Assembly (NCBI GenBank): GCA_051362555.1
Contig: CM120640.1
Span: 65,574,788 to 65,638,787 of the forward strand
DNA from: Lingula anatina
Lineage: Eukaryota > Animalia > Brachiopoda
Length of the DNA: 64,000 nucleotides
Reading direction: 5' to 3'
The notes under the pieces are model-generated. The model made no database searches. It saw only the letters and a list, made by a program, of their open reading frames with translations, and had not been told where the DNA came from. The position numbers were made by a program, and so were the translations under genes. Below, piece after piece: positions 53,175-64,000 of the stretch (the stretch's first letter is position 1; every line of letters begins with the position of its first letter).

Positions 53175-56100
53175 TATTTTATTAAATTATCTTAAACTAA
53201 TATATTAATGTATAATGGTGGACTAGTATGGAATTCTAATAAAGTGTTAAAACATTTAATAGGTGCATGTATATTTTCTCATAAAAGAGCGTTTTTCAGC
53301 TTTGTTGTAGTTGTTTTGCTGATTTATCCTCCATATTTGTTTTAACTTCCCAAATAAAAAATGGTTCTAATGAAGTTTTTATTTTGGATAGGTAAATATC
53401 TAAATTGCTTTCTTGTGTTATAATGCCTTCTTTTACAAAATAGCATGTTCACATTCTGTTGAAATGAATGAAGATCTACAGGATGTTTGATGCATGGAAA
53501 ATATTGTCATTTATTGATACAGAAATTGATTAGCACGAAAATTCATGCATTAGCACTTCCGTTGACGGTTCTGATACTAGTATGTACTGTCTGTGCACAG
53601 ACAGTACATATCAGAACCGTCAATGGAAGTGCTAATGCATGAATTTTCGTGCTAATCAATTTCTGTGCACAGACAGTACATATCAGAACCGTCAATGGGA
53701 GTGCTAATGCATGAATTTTCGTGCTAAAGTTGATGAAGGTGGAGGCCAGAGGACAAAACTGGTGAAAGAAATTACAGTGACAAAAACTTGAATATACAAA
53801 CTACATATTGATGTAGTTTTAGTTGGTTGGTCATCTGAGTTTTATAGTTTTCTTTTTTTAGTTCAGAAAGGGTATTTATTTTCAAATACTATATACATCA
53901 CCTAAATTCTGATTCTGAACTCTTTTACTACTATGAAGTGCATACATGTAGTCTCATGAAAAGAAAAAGCTCTAAAATCTTCACATTCACTGGAATTTAG
54001 AGAGACTATAGGCTGAACTGAGATAAAACCTGAGGATAGCCACCTTAACAAATCATTCATTGCATTCCAGTATGAACTCTTATCTAAGGTAAAAATGTAT
54101 TAGTACTTTTTAATAAAATGAATTAATTAATAATATTAATGAATTTAATAAAATGGAGTATTTCTGCAAAAAGCTTTTACTTCATCTTAAAGCAATAATA
54201 ACTCTTCCTTTGAGATTCAAAATTCCGCAAGAAATACATTGTAAACAACGCATGGAAATATATTCTATTGCATTTTACCACTAAAACAGCTGTTATTGTA
54301 GTAAAACTGAAATCTGTGCTTGTCAATAGGGCTTTCGATGCCTTTCTTCCTGGTCGTTAAGGCATATCTGTTGCCAATGACGTTTGGGTGTCACGCGGAT
54401 TCTCACGTTCATTCGAGACCAAAAGAACATCTGGCGCCAAACGCCTGATGCAATACGCAGACGTAAGTTGCGAGTTTCTGTACAGTGTGTCGGATAACGA
54501 ATAGTTCAGAATTGCACACATTGTAGATATAAATGCATTTTGAGCAATAAGACGAATATATCTTATGAATCTTATATTAATGTTATATAGTGTTGTTGTT
54601 GTCTGCTTTTCCCGCGGTGTTAAGTAGGTCACCAGAAACTATCGCTTGATATCGCGTGACTATGCAATGACAGAGAGGGTTCCGTCAGTTAAAATCTCAA
54701 GAGACTTTAACAAAAAACCAAAAGTTTAGGAAAAAAAACCCTGGACTAACTTGGATTCAATGCAGGAATGGGGTCGTTGACCATTGGTAAGTACGGGAAA
54801 ATTGCCGTTGACTCCAGGAAAATCCAATTTTTGGCCAAACGAAGAGTTATTATGACTTTAATAATCTTTCTTTTTTTCAAATGGTGTTTGAAACTGTTAG
54901 TTATTACATGCCAAGTTTTGAAGTGATATGTCAGTTTGTCATTTGAGTTTCTGGGATATATTTTCAAAAAATTTGGAATAAATTGCCTTTTCACTGTGAG
55001 AGATTGGGCTAAGGAGGGGTGACAAACTGACCAACCAGCATTTGATATACTTCGTTGCAAGAGTTTGTTTTATTTTCATATACTATTACAGTGCAGTTGT
55101 CAAAGTATTTTTTTTTGTTACACTTGCAAGTTGTATGTGGTTATTAAGAAATAAACACTTCTAAAGAATTGATAGGCAATCTGGAAGATAAATTAAATGT
55201 TTCCTTTAGCTCCTATTGTATGCAAATGTTGTGTGACTTTTTTTTTTTTGGTTTTTTTTAATCAGAAAATTATTTAGAAAATATGTATTGGGACTCCAAA
55301 GAAACATTGTTAAGGAAAATGATAAAGAGTAAAGAGAAGTACAAAATATATAGTTTTGGCCAGTATATTTGTGCTCATTTCAGTCAGTTTTCAATCCTTT
55401 TGAAAATGTCAGTAAATAGAGCCAGAAGTTCACAACATTGTTTCTTGAAATGCCACCTTGTGTTACATAAGAGAGGCCCGTCTGCTCCCTCTCTGCATGA
55501 CCTGCATATTGTGGGTCTCACATACTTCTTCCCAGTTGTCTTCATACAACTGTTTTACATTGGTCATCCACTGTTTTACACGAGGAAATGGCTTAAAGTC
55601 AAAACTGACGAGATCTAGTGTGGTCAGCAGCATGGCAACAAAGCAATCCACAAATAGACCTAAAGGTGATAATTGAAAGATCTGTATACAAAGGTTGTAT
55701 TAATATTATTATTGCACAGTTTATGTTTCTTTCATGTTTTTTAAATTAATGAGCAAGCATCAAATCAACATTGCTTGCTGATTTAAGTTAAGGTATTGTT
55801 GAATAATGATGGTCCATTTATGTCAAAATTGTGAAATTTTGATATTTTACTAGAGACCAAAGTGGCAGAAGACTTATTATAAGTAACTTCCTGAGTTACA
55901 AAATCCAGCATTTTTTTTAAAAGTCTTTTGAAATCCACACTGTTCTTATAAGTTTAAGTTAAAACAATTCCTTATAACTTACAGTCATTTCCAAAAAGAA
56001 ACTTTGATTTCCCCAAGTAGTGAGTGTCAAGAGTTTGGAGATGTTGTCTGATGTCAGTTTTTGCTGTCTGTGTGAGTGCCATGGCTGCCTCTGGGTCTGA

Positions 56101-57808
56101 TAACTCTGAATTCTTCATCATTACATACACATAGTTGGTGATTACACACCTGGAAAATATGGTCATATAACATACATTTATAAAGATGATAGAAATATTG
56201 TTTTACTTATTGAAACCCATACACTTCAGTTACTAAGATAGAAATCAGTGAACTTGTAATGTGATAAATGTAGTTCTCACCTTTGTAAGGTGTTATGAGC
56301 CCAATGCATTGTAGACATAGCTCGTATTTGTTCACTGAGAGTAGAGCCCATTCCTTGTTTGTCTGTGTATTCTTCTGCTAGATACTGTATGATAGCTGGG
56401 CTGAAAATATTCATTTTTGACAAATGTATAAGCGTACCAAGATTTCAACAAATTTTCAAAGTTCAATTTTAAGATCATCCTATTAAGATGCATGATTTTC
56501 ATATTGCATTGAAACAAATTCAGGAATGTAACATATAGAACATAAATGAATGAGAAATGGACTTTTTGGCATATGCATTTAATAAAGTAATAAATATATC
56601 AATGTCTGAAGACTGATGCCATGAGAACTCACCATTCATAGACCACTGTGTCACCATCCACCAAACATGGCACTGTCTCATGAGGGTTGGCCAACTGCAG
56701 CTGACGCAGATGCTCACCTGACTCATCCACATTGATCAGATCAAAATTCAATTTGTTCTTAGAAAAATAAAAAAAAAATGAATATGGTAAATGTTTTTCT
56801 TCACAAAATACTTATATTAGCAAGTTTGGTTACATGTATATGATGAGATACAAATATAGAACTCATAGGGAACCCAGATTCAAGTAGAGACAAGCAGTAC
56901 CATAATTTTTTCCCAAGTCTGTATAGAAAATTACCTGTAGCAGGTATAACCATGCTAGCCTTGATGTGGCACTCTTCTTGCTGATGAACAGTAGTAACCT
57001 GCCTCCATGAGCTACCTGACCCAAAGACTTGAGGTCTGGAGGCTGAATGCTGGCCCTTCTCCCACTCATGTTGGCCAGACAAAGTTTCACACTCTTCAGC
57101 TAACTACACACCTATTCAGCACCTCTGACTCTGATAAGGTGGTAAGATAGTGCAAGGATTTGAACATTTAATTGAGCTGCTCCTTGACTACCTGGTATGC
57201 AGACTTTCAGTTTAAGTCATTGGTTCAAGGCAGCAATAATTGGAGCTGGTGCAGTTGGTATGGGTCTGCTGATAATTCTTAATCAAATATTATAAAGGGA
57301 TCGTAAAAAGAAATTTATGTTAGTCACACATCAATAACTTGATATGTATAATAAAATGACAACAGCTAGGTTCATTGCATTTTTATGGCTAGTGACATTT
57401 ACGTTCCTGATAAAGTCAACAAACAACACCTTTGTGTAAACATGAATTCTTCATAAGTTTGTGCATTTAAGTAGTTTATTTCAGATGAGGTAGTCTTGCA
57501 TAAGATTTGATGTTCAAAATTCGAAGTTTAATATATGATATATGCAAAAAAGGATAGCTGAATAAAGCTACGTGGAAAAAGATTTGGAGAGGGGAGTGAT
57601 CAAAGGAAGTTAAATTTATTATATTGAAGTATATCAAATCTTAAAACCTAGGAGTTATCTGAAAGTTCATTTATGACTGTTTAATACATGAAAATATTCA
57701 ATTTCTTTTTAGGTACGTGCACTCAATGGAATCCCCAGCATAGGTGAGAAATAAAAAAAAATTGAATTGAACAATATGGTTTTAATGTGTGGAGGCATTA
57801 AAAGATAA

Positions 57809-57839
<31 letters not shown>

Positions 57840-60800
57840 TTAAAGACCGATATATACCATCGCCTTCATCTGTAATTACCGTCTCTATGTACTTTCATGG
57901 ATATTTTTTTCACAAACACCATGAGATGACTTACAGAAATAATTCCTTTGTTTTTGCTGATGAAGGACATAAAAAGTGAACTACTCTTTTAGTTCTAATC
58001 TTATATTATCTCCTACAGTGTCAATTTTAAAGAAGGTGAAAGTTGAAACAATCCAAAACCGAGCATGTCGTGCCCTGGCAAATCTGGCTGTGGATGAAGA
58101 GAATGCAGAAATCCTGGTTCATTCTGACCTGCTAGAGCATGTGATTGATAACCTCAGCAAGACAGAGACTTCTGAATGCCAGCAAACTTATGTCAGATTT
58201 ATCAGGTAGGAATACTAATTCACAAATTTCTATAGATCAAAATTGTTATGTTCAAGAATTAAATGCAAAAGTGCTTATTTTTAAATTTGAATGGGAATTG
58301 TAGAAAAACTATGATAGCTCAAGCTCTCAAATTTTGCACATAGGTGCAATAGCATATAAAGTAATAATGTACTTGTATCAAATTTTAATTCAAACTGTTG
58401 TGTACATTTTGAAGTAGGATGCTTGAAATTTGGAGCAAACCATGACACTTATGCCTTCATGATCTTGACAAAAACAGGAAATGCATGATGTCACTCAGTT
58501 GTATTTTGGAAGCTGTCAGATGAGAAAGACTTCAAAGCTTATGCAAATGTTGATAAAATAACCATGCAGATTATAAAAGATTCAATAATCAAAACGTAAA
58601 CTACGTAATTAGAGAGCTTAAATTGTGTATTTCTGACCTTGAATTTTTAGTGTGAACAAAGTGTACAGTGCACATTGAAGACATTGTAAACAAGCATGTA
58701 AATGATTTGTTTGATACAGTGTTTACATTGGGCATGCCAGGAAACACAGTGAAAAAACACGTACCTCTATTCTGGTTTTCATTGATTTCTTGAAGGGCGA
58801 GTCAATTACCTTTAATAATATTGTGTTGGAAAATTAACGATAAAAATGGGCCCTAAAATTTTACTGGATTGACATTTACTTCTTAAAGTTTGATTGAAAT
58901 TTGAAATGTTTATTTCCAAATCTGTATTCCTGAAACAGTAACCATGGTGACAGATGAATCATGATGTGTAAATAATCAGATGATATGCAATGACGTGTTA
59001 TTGTTGTAGAATACTGGGCTCCAAGGCTTCAAATAGGTCCATCGTTTGTAAGGCTGATGGGTTGAAGGCTGTTGCCTTGCTGTTAACTGGCTCAGGCTCT
59101 GGTTTGCTCACTGCAGTTACAAGAACTATTGCTGAATATACAAAAGGGTATGTTTTATGTTTTTACAGGATTGTTCTTTGTTCCAAATGTACTGCACATT
59201 TGAGTAGTTAAATGGTTCATTATTTAAATGTAAAATACCCAAACTTATCATGTAAAGCCCTCTTATTATATTTGTATCAACTGCTTGATTACAGATGTTT
59301 TAACATTAAAACAATTGTTTCACTTTTTGAAATGTGCACTTTAGAAGATAATTTCATTGTGTTAAATGTTTTGTTTTAAGGTACAGTGTTGATTGCATTC
59401 AACAGATTTTAGAGGCGGATACTTTAACATCATTGGTTCAGTTAGCCAGCCATTCTGATCCCAAAATTTGTGACTATTCTCTGGAAGCACTGCTCAACAT
59501 TTGCCACCAGCCACATGCTAGGCCACCACTTGGTGCTGCAGGAGCTATACAGTTCTTCATAGATCACATAAACAATACTAAAGACCCCAGCAGAGTGTAT
59601 GGTGTTATTACTGCGCTGTGTTTATGCTGCAGGGACTCCGTTAATCGTGTCCGTTTGCGTGAAAGTGGTGGACTAAAGCTCCTTCTACAACTACTGTCTT
59701 CAGAAGATTATTCTCAATGTCACACTCAAGTAATATGCTCCTTGACTTGTTTCTTGTACGATGAACTGAGTCTAGAGGTGCTCTTAAAAGAAGGAATGGT
59801 GAAAGGCTTGCTTGGACACCTCACCAAAAGCAATCATATTACACTGGAAGAAATTGAAAGTGACTCAGACAGTGACTCTGACTGTGCTCTATCATATAAT
59901 GAACAAATAGATCAAAGCAAGATCCAGGATACCTCCAAGGATGGGCATAATAAAGGAGAAAGTCACAGTGGTCATGAAACAGTAGAGATGGAGAAAAATG
60001 AAAACAAAGGTCAACAAATTGGGGAAGTAAAGGACAGAAGGAAGTTTTTCAAAACTCAGACAGAGGTTTTGAATGTTCCGGCAGAAAATAGAAGTGAACC
60101 TAATTCAGCAGATGACAGAGGGGAAGTGTCACAACATGTTGATGGTAGGAGCCAGTTGCAGCTTCCAGGGGTAAAAGGAGACAGTAGTTCAGTAACGTCT
60201 CCCTCAGAAGGGACCAACAGGAACACAAACATACCATTTCCAAGAGCACACTCCATGCCATCTCTCAGCAGTATGCCTGGCAATGAGCAGGGAGGGGTCG
60301 GTTCAGAAAGTTTTAGGTCCCTTTCTCCTCCCATTTCACACCATTCCACTTTGTCTAGGCCTCATTCTCCAGCTCCTCCTTCACAGTTTGTATCCTGGGT
60401 AAGGTCCCCTTCTCCTCCAACCTCATACACTGCCTCTTCCATGAGTCCTATGTCATATCTGTCCCCAGAGTGGTCTCCAGAGTACACTGGTCCAAGTTGG
60501 GGAGGTTGGGAGCCCAGATACTCTCCACAGCATGCAGGTAGTTCCCCATACAGCATGCACAGCCCAGGCATGTTCAGCCCAGGCCCATCCAGTCCAGACA
60601 TGGAGGTGATGCCCCAGTGGTCACCTGTCCACAGCCCAGAAAAATGTTCACCCCAGGGTCTAGAGACAGAGACCCTAGATGAGTCATTCCCAGCACTCTT
60701 TCCTGAACTTCAGTATGCACAATATTCCAACAATGAAGATGAAAGGAAAGAGTTGACTGATGATGTTGCCATGGAAACCAAAATGTTGACTTATCCTGTG

Positions 60801-62659
60801 CCTGACGTTGATAATTTGAAAGACCTTGAAGACAGGGAAGTGGGTAAAAGCACTAATCTATGTGAGGACCCCCCATCACCTCAAACACCTAGTACCAGCA
60901 TTAACTTAGCAGAATTATTGGCCTCACCTAAAGCTATTCACAGTGTAGAGGTTAACCCTGTAAAAACAATGGAAAACAATATCTTAATGCTGCTCTCCAG
61001 AGTGTCTCAGATGCCAGATCCAAGCCCATTTCTTTGCACACCTAACGCACTGATAGGCTTGTTTACATATGCTCTAACAGTCAAAAAACCTAACCCTCGT
61101 TGGTTCAGAATTTGCAGTCGATTGACCAAAAATACCATTTGCTTTGAAGCATTTCTGCTCAATTCGGGTGCAGCATTAATACATGAGTACTTGGTCAAGC
61201 AAAAGTACAGACCCGTAGCTGAAGGGCCAACAATGCTAAATACCAAGAATACTGACACTGAAAGCAGTGTACAGGAAGGTGTTGATGAACCTTACCAGAA
61301 AAATGTGAAAGAAGTGGCGTCAGACGTGATTGCAGAAGAAGGCAGGGTTAAAAAATCTATTCAATCTGACATAAAGGAGAGAGAAGAGAAGAAAAGGAGA
61401 AACCTTCAGCTGGTGTGTTTTGGGAAGTCCCTGCACCATGACCTTACCCTACAAGCTGAGACCCCCTATGGACAGGGAGTGCTGTGCCACATCCTGCTGA
61501 AGAAACCAAACCAAGAGAAGATGAGGTGTGCAGTAGATCTGCCACATGTGTGCAGGTAGGATACAGATTTTTTTCTTCTTTAATGGGTAAGTCAGCCTGG
61601 GATGTACCCTGAGCTTCAGAGATAACTTGAAACAAACCTCTGCACTATTGCAGTCTGGGTTGTGACATGGGGGAAATCAAACTGTAACAAATTTCAGGTC
61701 TGTCACAAAAATTTTATTTATTTATTTATTTATTTTTATTTTTATTTATTTTTTTGATTATGATAGTTTCTTATATAATCTTCACACAGTGTTTGTAAAA
61801 GTAAGGATAGACAGTGGTCCAAGGGATCTCTACAAGTATAATGCAACATATCTTTTAATTTTGCTTTTGGTCTTTTTTTTATTTTGTTTCCAGTAGCAAA
61901 AAGCTGAGGACCAAGTTTATGTTAGACTACCGAGGTCTGAGTTACCTACTGGATGCTATACAGGCTCATTGTGATGACCACTCCCAGTATCCCATGGCTG
62001 TTGAAAGCCTGTGTGTGTTGGCCAGACATCTCATCATGGACTGCCCCAGGTTCAGTAGCAATTCAGAACTTGATGTTATTCAAAGCCCAGAGTGCATATA
62101 CAGCAGCACTTTGAACCAGCATAACGTGAGGTTTATGATGACTGCAGACCAGACTGTCATATCTGCTGAGAGGAGCAAAGTTTCTGGAGCATCAGAGACA
62201 TTCACTGCCATGTTAGAAGGACATTATTCTGAGTCTGGACAAGATGAAATTTACATTTCAGAAGCTTCTGGATCTGCTTTTTGCTATTTGCTGCATTTTC
62301 TCCATGGTTGTCGCAGCGGCTGTGACGTGATTGCAGGAAATGGTGCTGCAGGCGACACATCTTTGGACGTGGATTTAGAAACACTGTCTTTGTCTGATAG
62401 ATACATACTGCCTGCTCTACAGAGACACATCTCTACTGTTATTGCTCAAAAACACTGGAATGCCTCCCATATTGTGCACATTTACAGATATGCTTCCATG
62501 CATAATTGTGAGAACTTGGCCAGGGATTGCTTAAAGTTTATGCTTGTTGGAAAATTAAAATGGAGTGAACGTTCATCAGTGTTGCTGGAGATTTTCTCTG
62601 GACCAAACCGAGACCAAGTCCGGAAAGAGATGGGACATCTTTTGGTTGAACTTCTGTGA
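52418..62659 (+). CDS. ARMC5: Armadillo repeat-containing protein 5 (ARM repeats + C-terminal BTB); exons 52418-52666, 57713-57743, 58019-58205, 59010-59147, 59381-61555, 61894-62659
   Basis: LDICLSILANCC, IQNRACRALANLA, ARPPLGAAGA, LCLCCRDSVNRVRLRESGGL, LLSRVSQMPDPS, LTLQAETPYGQGVLCHIL, and a BTB domain (ASETFTAMLEGHYSES...LLHFLHGC). Confidence 0.92.
53143..53171. repeat. (TA)n microsatellite
   Basis: Directly visible. Confidence 0.95.
53519..53726. repeat. 148-bp near-perfect palindrome (53519-53666) plus a duplicated right arm (to 53726)
   Basis: ACAGAAATTGATTAGCACGAAAATTCATGCATTAGCACTTCC... is mirrored around CTGTGCACAG. One arm also occurs at 37438-37506. Confidence 0.9.
55463..57069 (-). 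CDS. Glutathione S-transferase theta-like protein nested antisense in ARMC5 intron 1; exons 57069-56935, 56757-56633, 56400-56281, 56149-55983, 55659-55463 (~247 aa)
   Basis: The spliced frame gives a GST-N fold (LLLFISKKSATSRLAWLYL...LANPHETVPCLVDGDTVVYECPAIIQYLAE) and GST-C (LQTLDTHYLGKSKFLFGND...VDCF...FPRVKQWM). Exon lengths sum to 744 nt and all introns are GT-AG. Confidence 0.85.
57812..57839. repeat. (GT)n microsatellite
   Basis: Directly visible. Confidence 0.95.
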
Positions 62660-63159
62660 ATTAGAGTCTCTCTGAGGAATGATACACCTTTTCCTAAGTT
62701 GGATGAACAATTACACCTGCCACTTTAATTTTAAGATCCAAAAGAAAATGGTGATCCATGTAGCTATCTAAAGCAATACTTAGTATTCCATATAATACTT
62801 ATCTATTGACTTTCAACCCCCAGCCCCTCCAAAAAACATACCGATGTGTATTAAGACCAATATTCCTTCAGTTGACTAAAAGAGACCACTCTTTTTGGAT
62901 TCATAGAGGAAAAAGTAGATAAATTTTCCTGGCTTCATTGATAGTTTTCTATTGCTTTCTGATTTGTGTTGTATTCATTGGAAGTAAATTATATTGATAT
63001 ACAGTATACGTAATTCAAGTTACTGGAAATGAATTTTAATGAATCTTAAAAGAGTTAATCAAAAATATCCATAGGTTTCATTTAGGGAAAGATTACAGAA
63101 TGAATTAAAATAATAATAAATTCATTAATAAAATAGTTTTGAATTCCTATTTTTTTCTT

Positions 63160-63600
63160 AGAATGGAGCAAATTGGACATTTAAAATTGTTCTATTGATA
63201 TTTTTCCTTTGTCAACAATTTTCTCAGTTGATCATTTAAAAATGACAGTAAATTGAGTGTTTTGTTATATGTAAACAAAGGTGTTGAAAGTGGAAAGAAA
63301 ATCATTTCAGTACAGTTATCTCTTGTTTACATTTTGGCATTTTGAAGGTGTGACTCTGAACTTCCATGGCCTTGAAGACCTTTCCATGGCACATTTTCTG
63401 AATATCCATGATACTTTTATTTTATTATTAAAAATTGATTGTCATTATGCTGTTAAGCATTAATTTAATATTGCATCAAAATTGAAGACAACCCCATTTT
63501 AAACAATGACTCCATACTGACAATTAAAGGAAAACCATGTCACTTACTCTTCTCAAACTTACAGAAATGTAGCATAGGACTAAAATATAGCTTCAGTTGG
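63160..63600 (-). repeat. Dispersed copy (reverse complement) of the repeat arrayed at 33725-34945
   Basis: GTGTGACTCTGAACTTCCATGGCCTTGAAGA, TGAATATCCATGATAC and TATTGCATCAAAATT match. The spurious ORFs 34139-34333 and 63281-63463 share LNIHDT..LLLKID.HYAVKH. Confidence 0.85.
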
Positions 63601-63691
63601 AAAACCTGTTATATCTTTCTTAGAAATTAGGCCACACTTTTTTATATTTATGGATGACATCCTCTGGGGACCCTGAAATCGGTGCAAGAGG

Positions 63692-63724
<33 letters not shown>

Positions 63725-64000
63725 CTGCTAAGTAAAGAATGCTGTCAGTACACAGCTAGAAACATAAATTTATCACAGAAACACGTATCAAACTAACAAT
63801 ATATCCATGCTCTCAGAATATTAAAGCATTATGAACACTTCACAGTTCTAAATGTTTAAAAGAATATTAATACTTCCAAATCTATTAAAGGTTATTTCAG
63901 TCGATGCCATTATGTCTACTTCGACTCACACGAAGCAGCTTAACTGTCGGGTGGCCTGTCCGACCTAAGCTCAAGCCCACCAAATACCTCAACGCCCTTG

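Noticed and set aside
54357-54710. CpG-richer segment bounded by TTAA, a possible Kolobok/piggyBac-type element
   Set aside because: The inverted termini are too weak and there is no second copy in the window.
257-62659. Apparent cluster of ubiquitin-ligase genes (LRR, neuralized, TRAF, KCTD10, ARMC5)
   Set aside because: E3 ligases and adaptors are very numerous in animal genomes and these act in unrelated pathways. There is no evidence of functional clustering.

Overview
This is AT-rich, intron-containing animal genomic DNA, probably from a lophotrochozoan or mollusc-like invertebrate, and it is densely packed with 12 protein-coding genes. In order they are: the 3' part of an LRR (F-box/LRR-like) gene (+), neuralized (-), a retinol dehydrogenase-like SDR (+), GATC (-), TRIAP1 (+), TRAF4-like (-), KCTD10/TNFAIP1-like (-), IFT20 (+), an intronless inducible HSP70 (-), a FET-family (FUS/EWS/TAF15) RNA-binding gene (-), and ARMC5 (+), with a GST-theta-like gene nested antisense in ARMC5 intron 1. 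Eight of the genes form four head-to-head pairs, and two of these (GATC/TRIAP1 and TNFAIP1-like/IFT20) are also head-to-head in human. Other notable signals are a FUS-exon-7-like frameshifting microexon between two long introns, RRAS PKA motifs at both ends of the nested GST, alternative myristoylated and non-myristoylated first exons for neuralized, an aromatic-SP-rich insert in ARMC5, and several non-autonomous DNA transposons and palindromes. Exon boundaries were read by hand from GT/AG signals and frame continuity. Gene names come from recognising sequence motifs, not from database searches.
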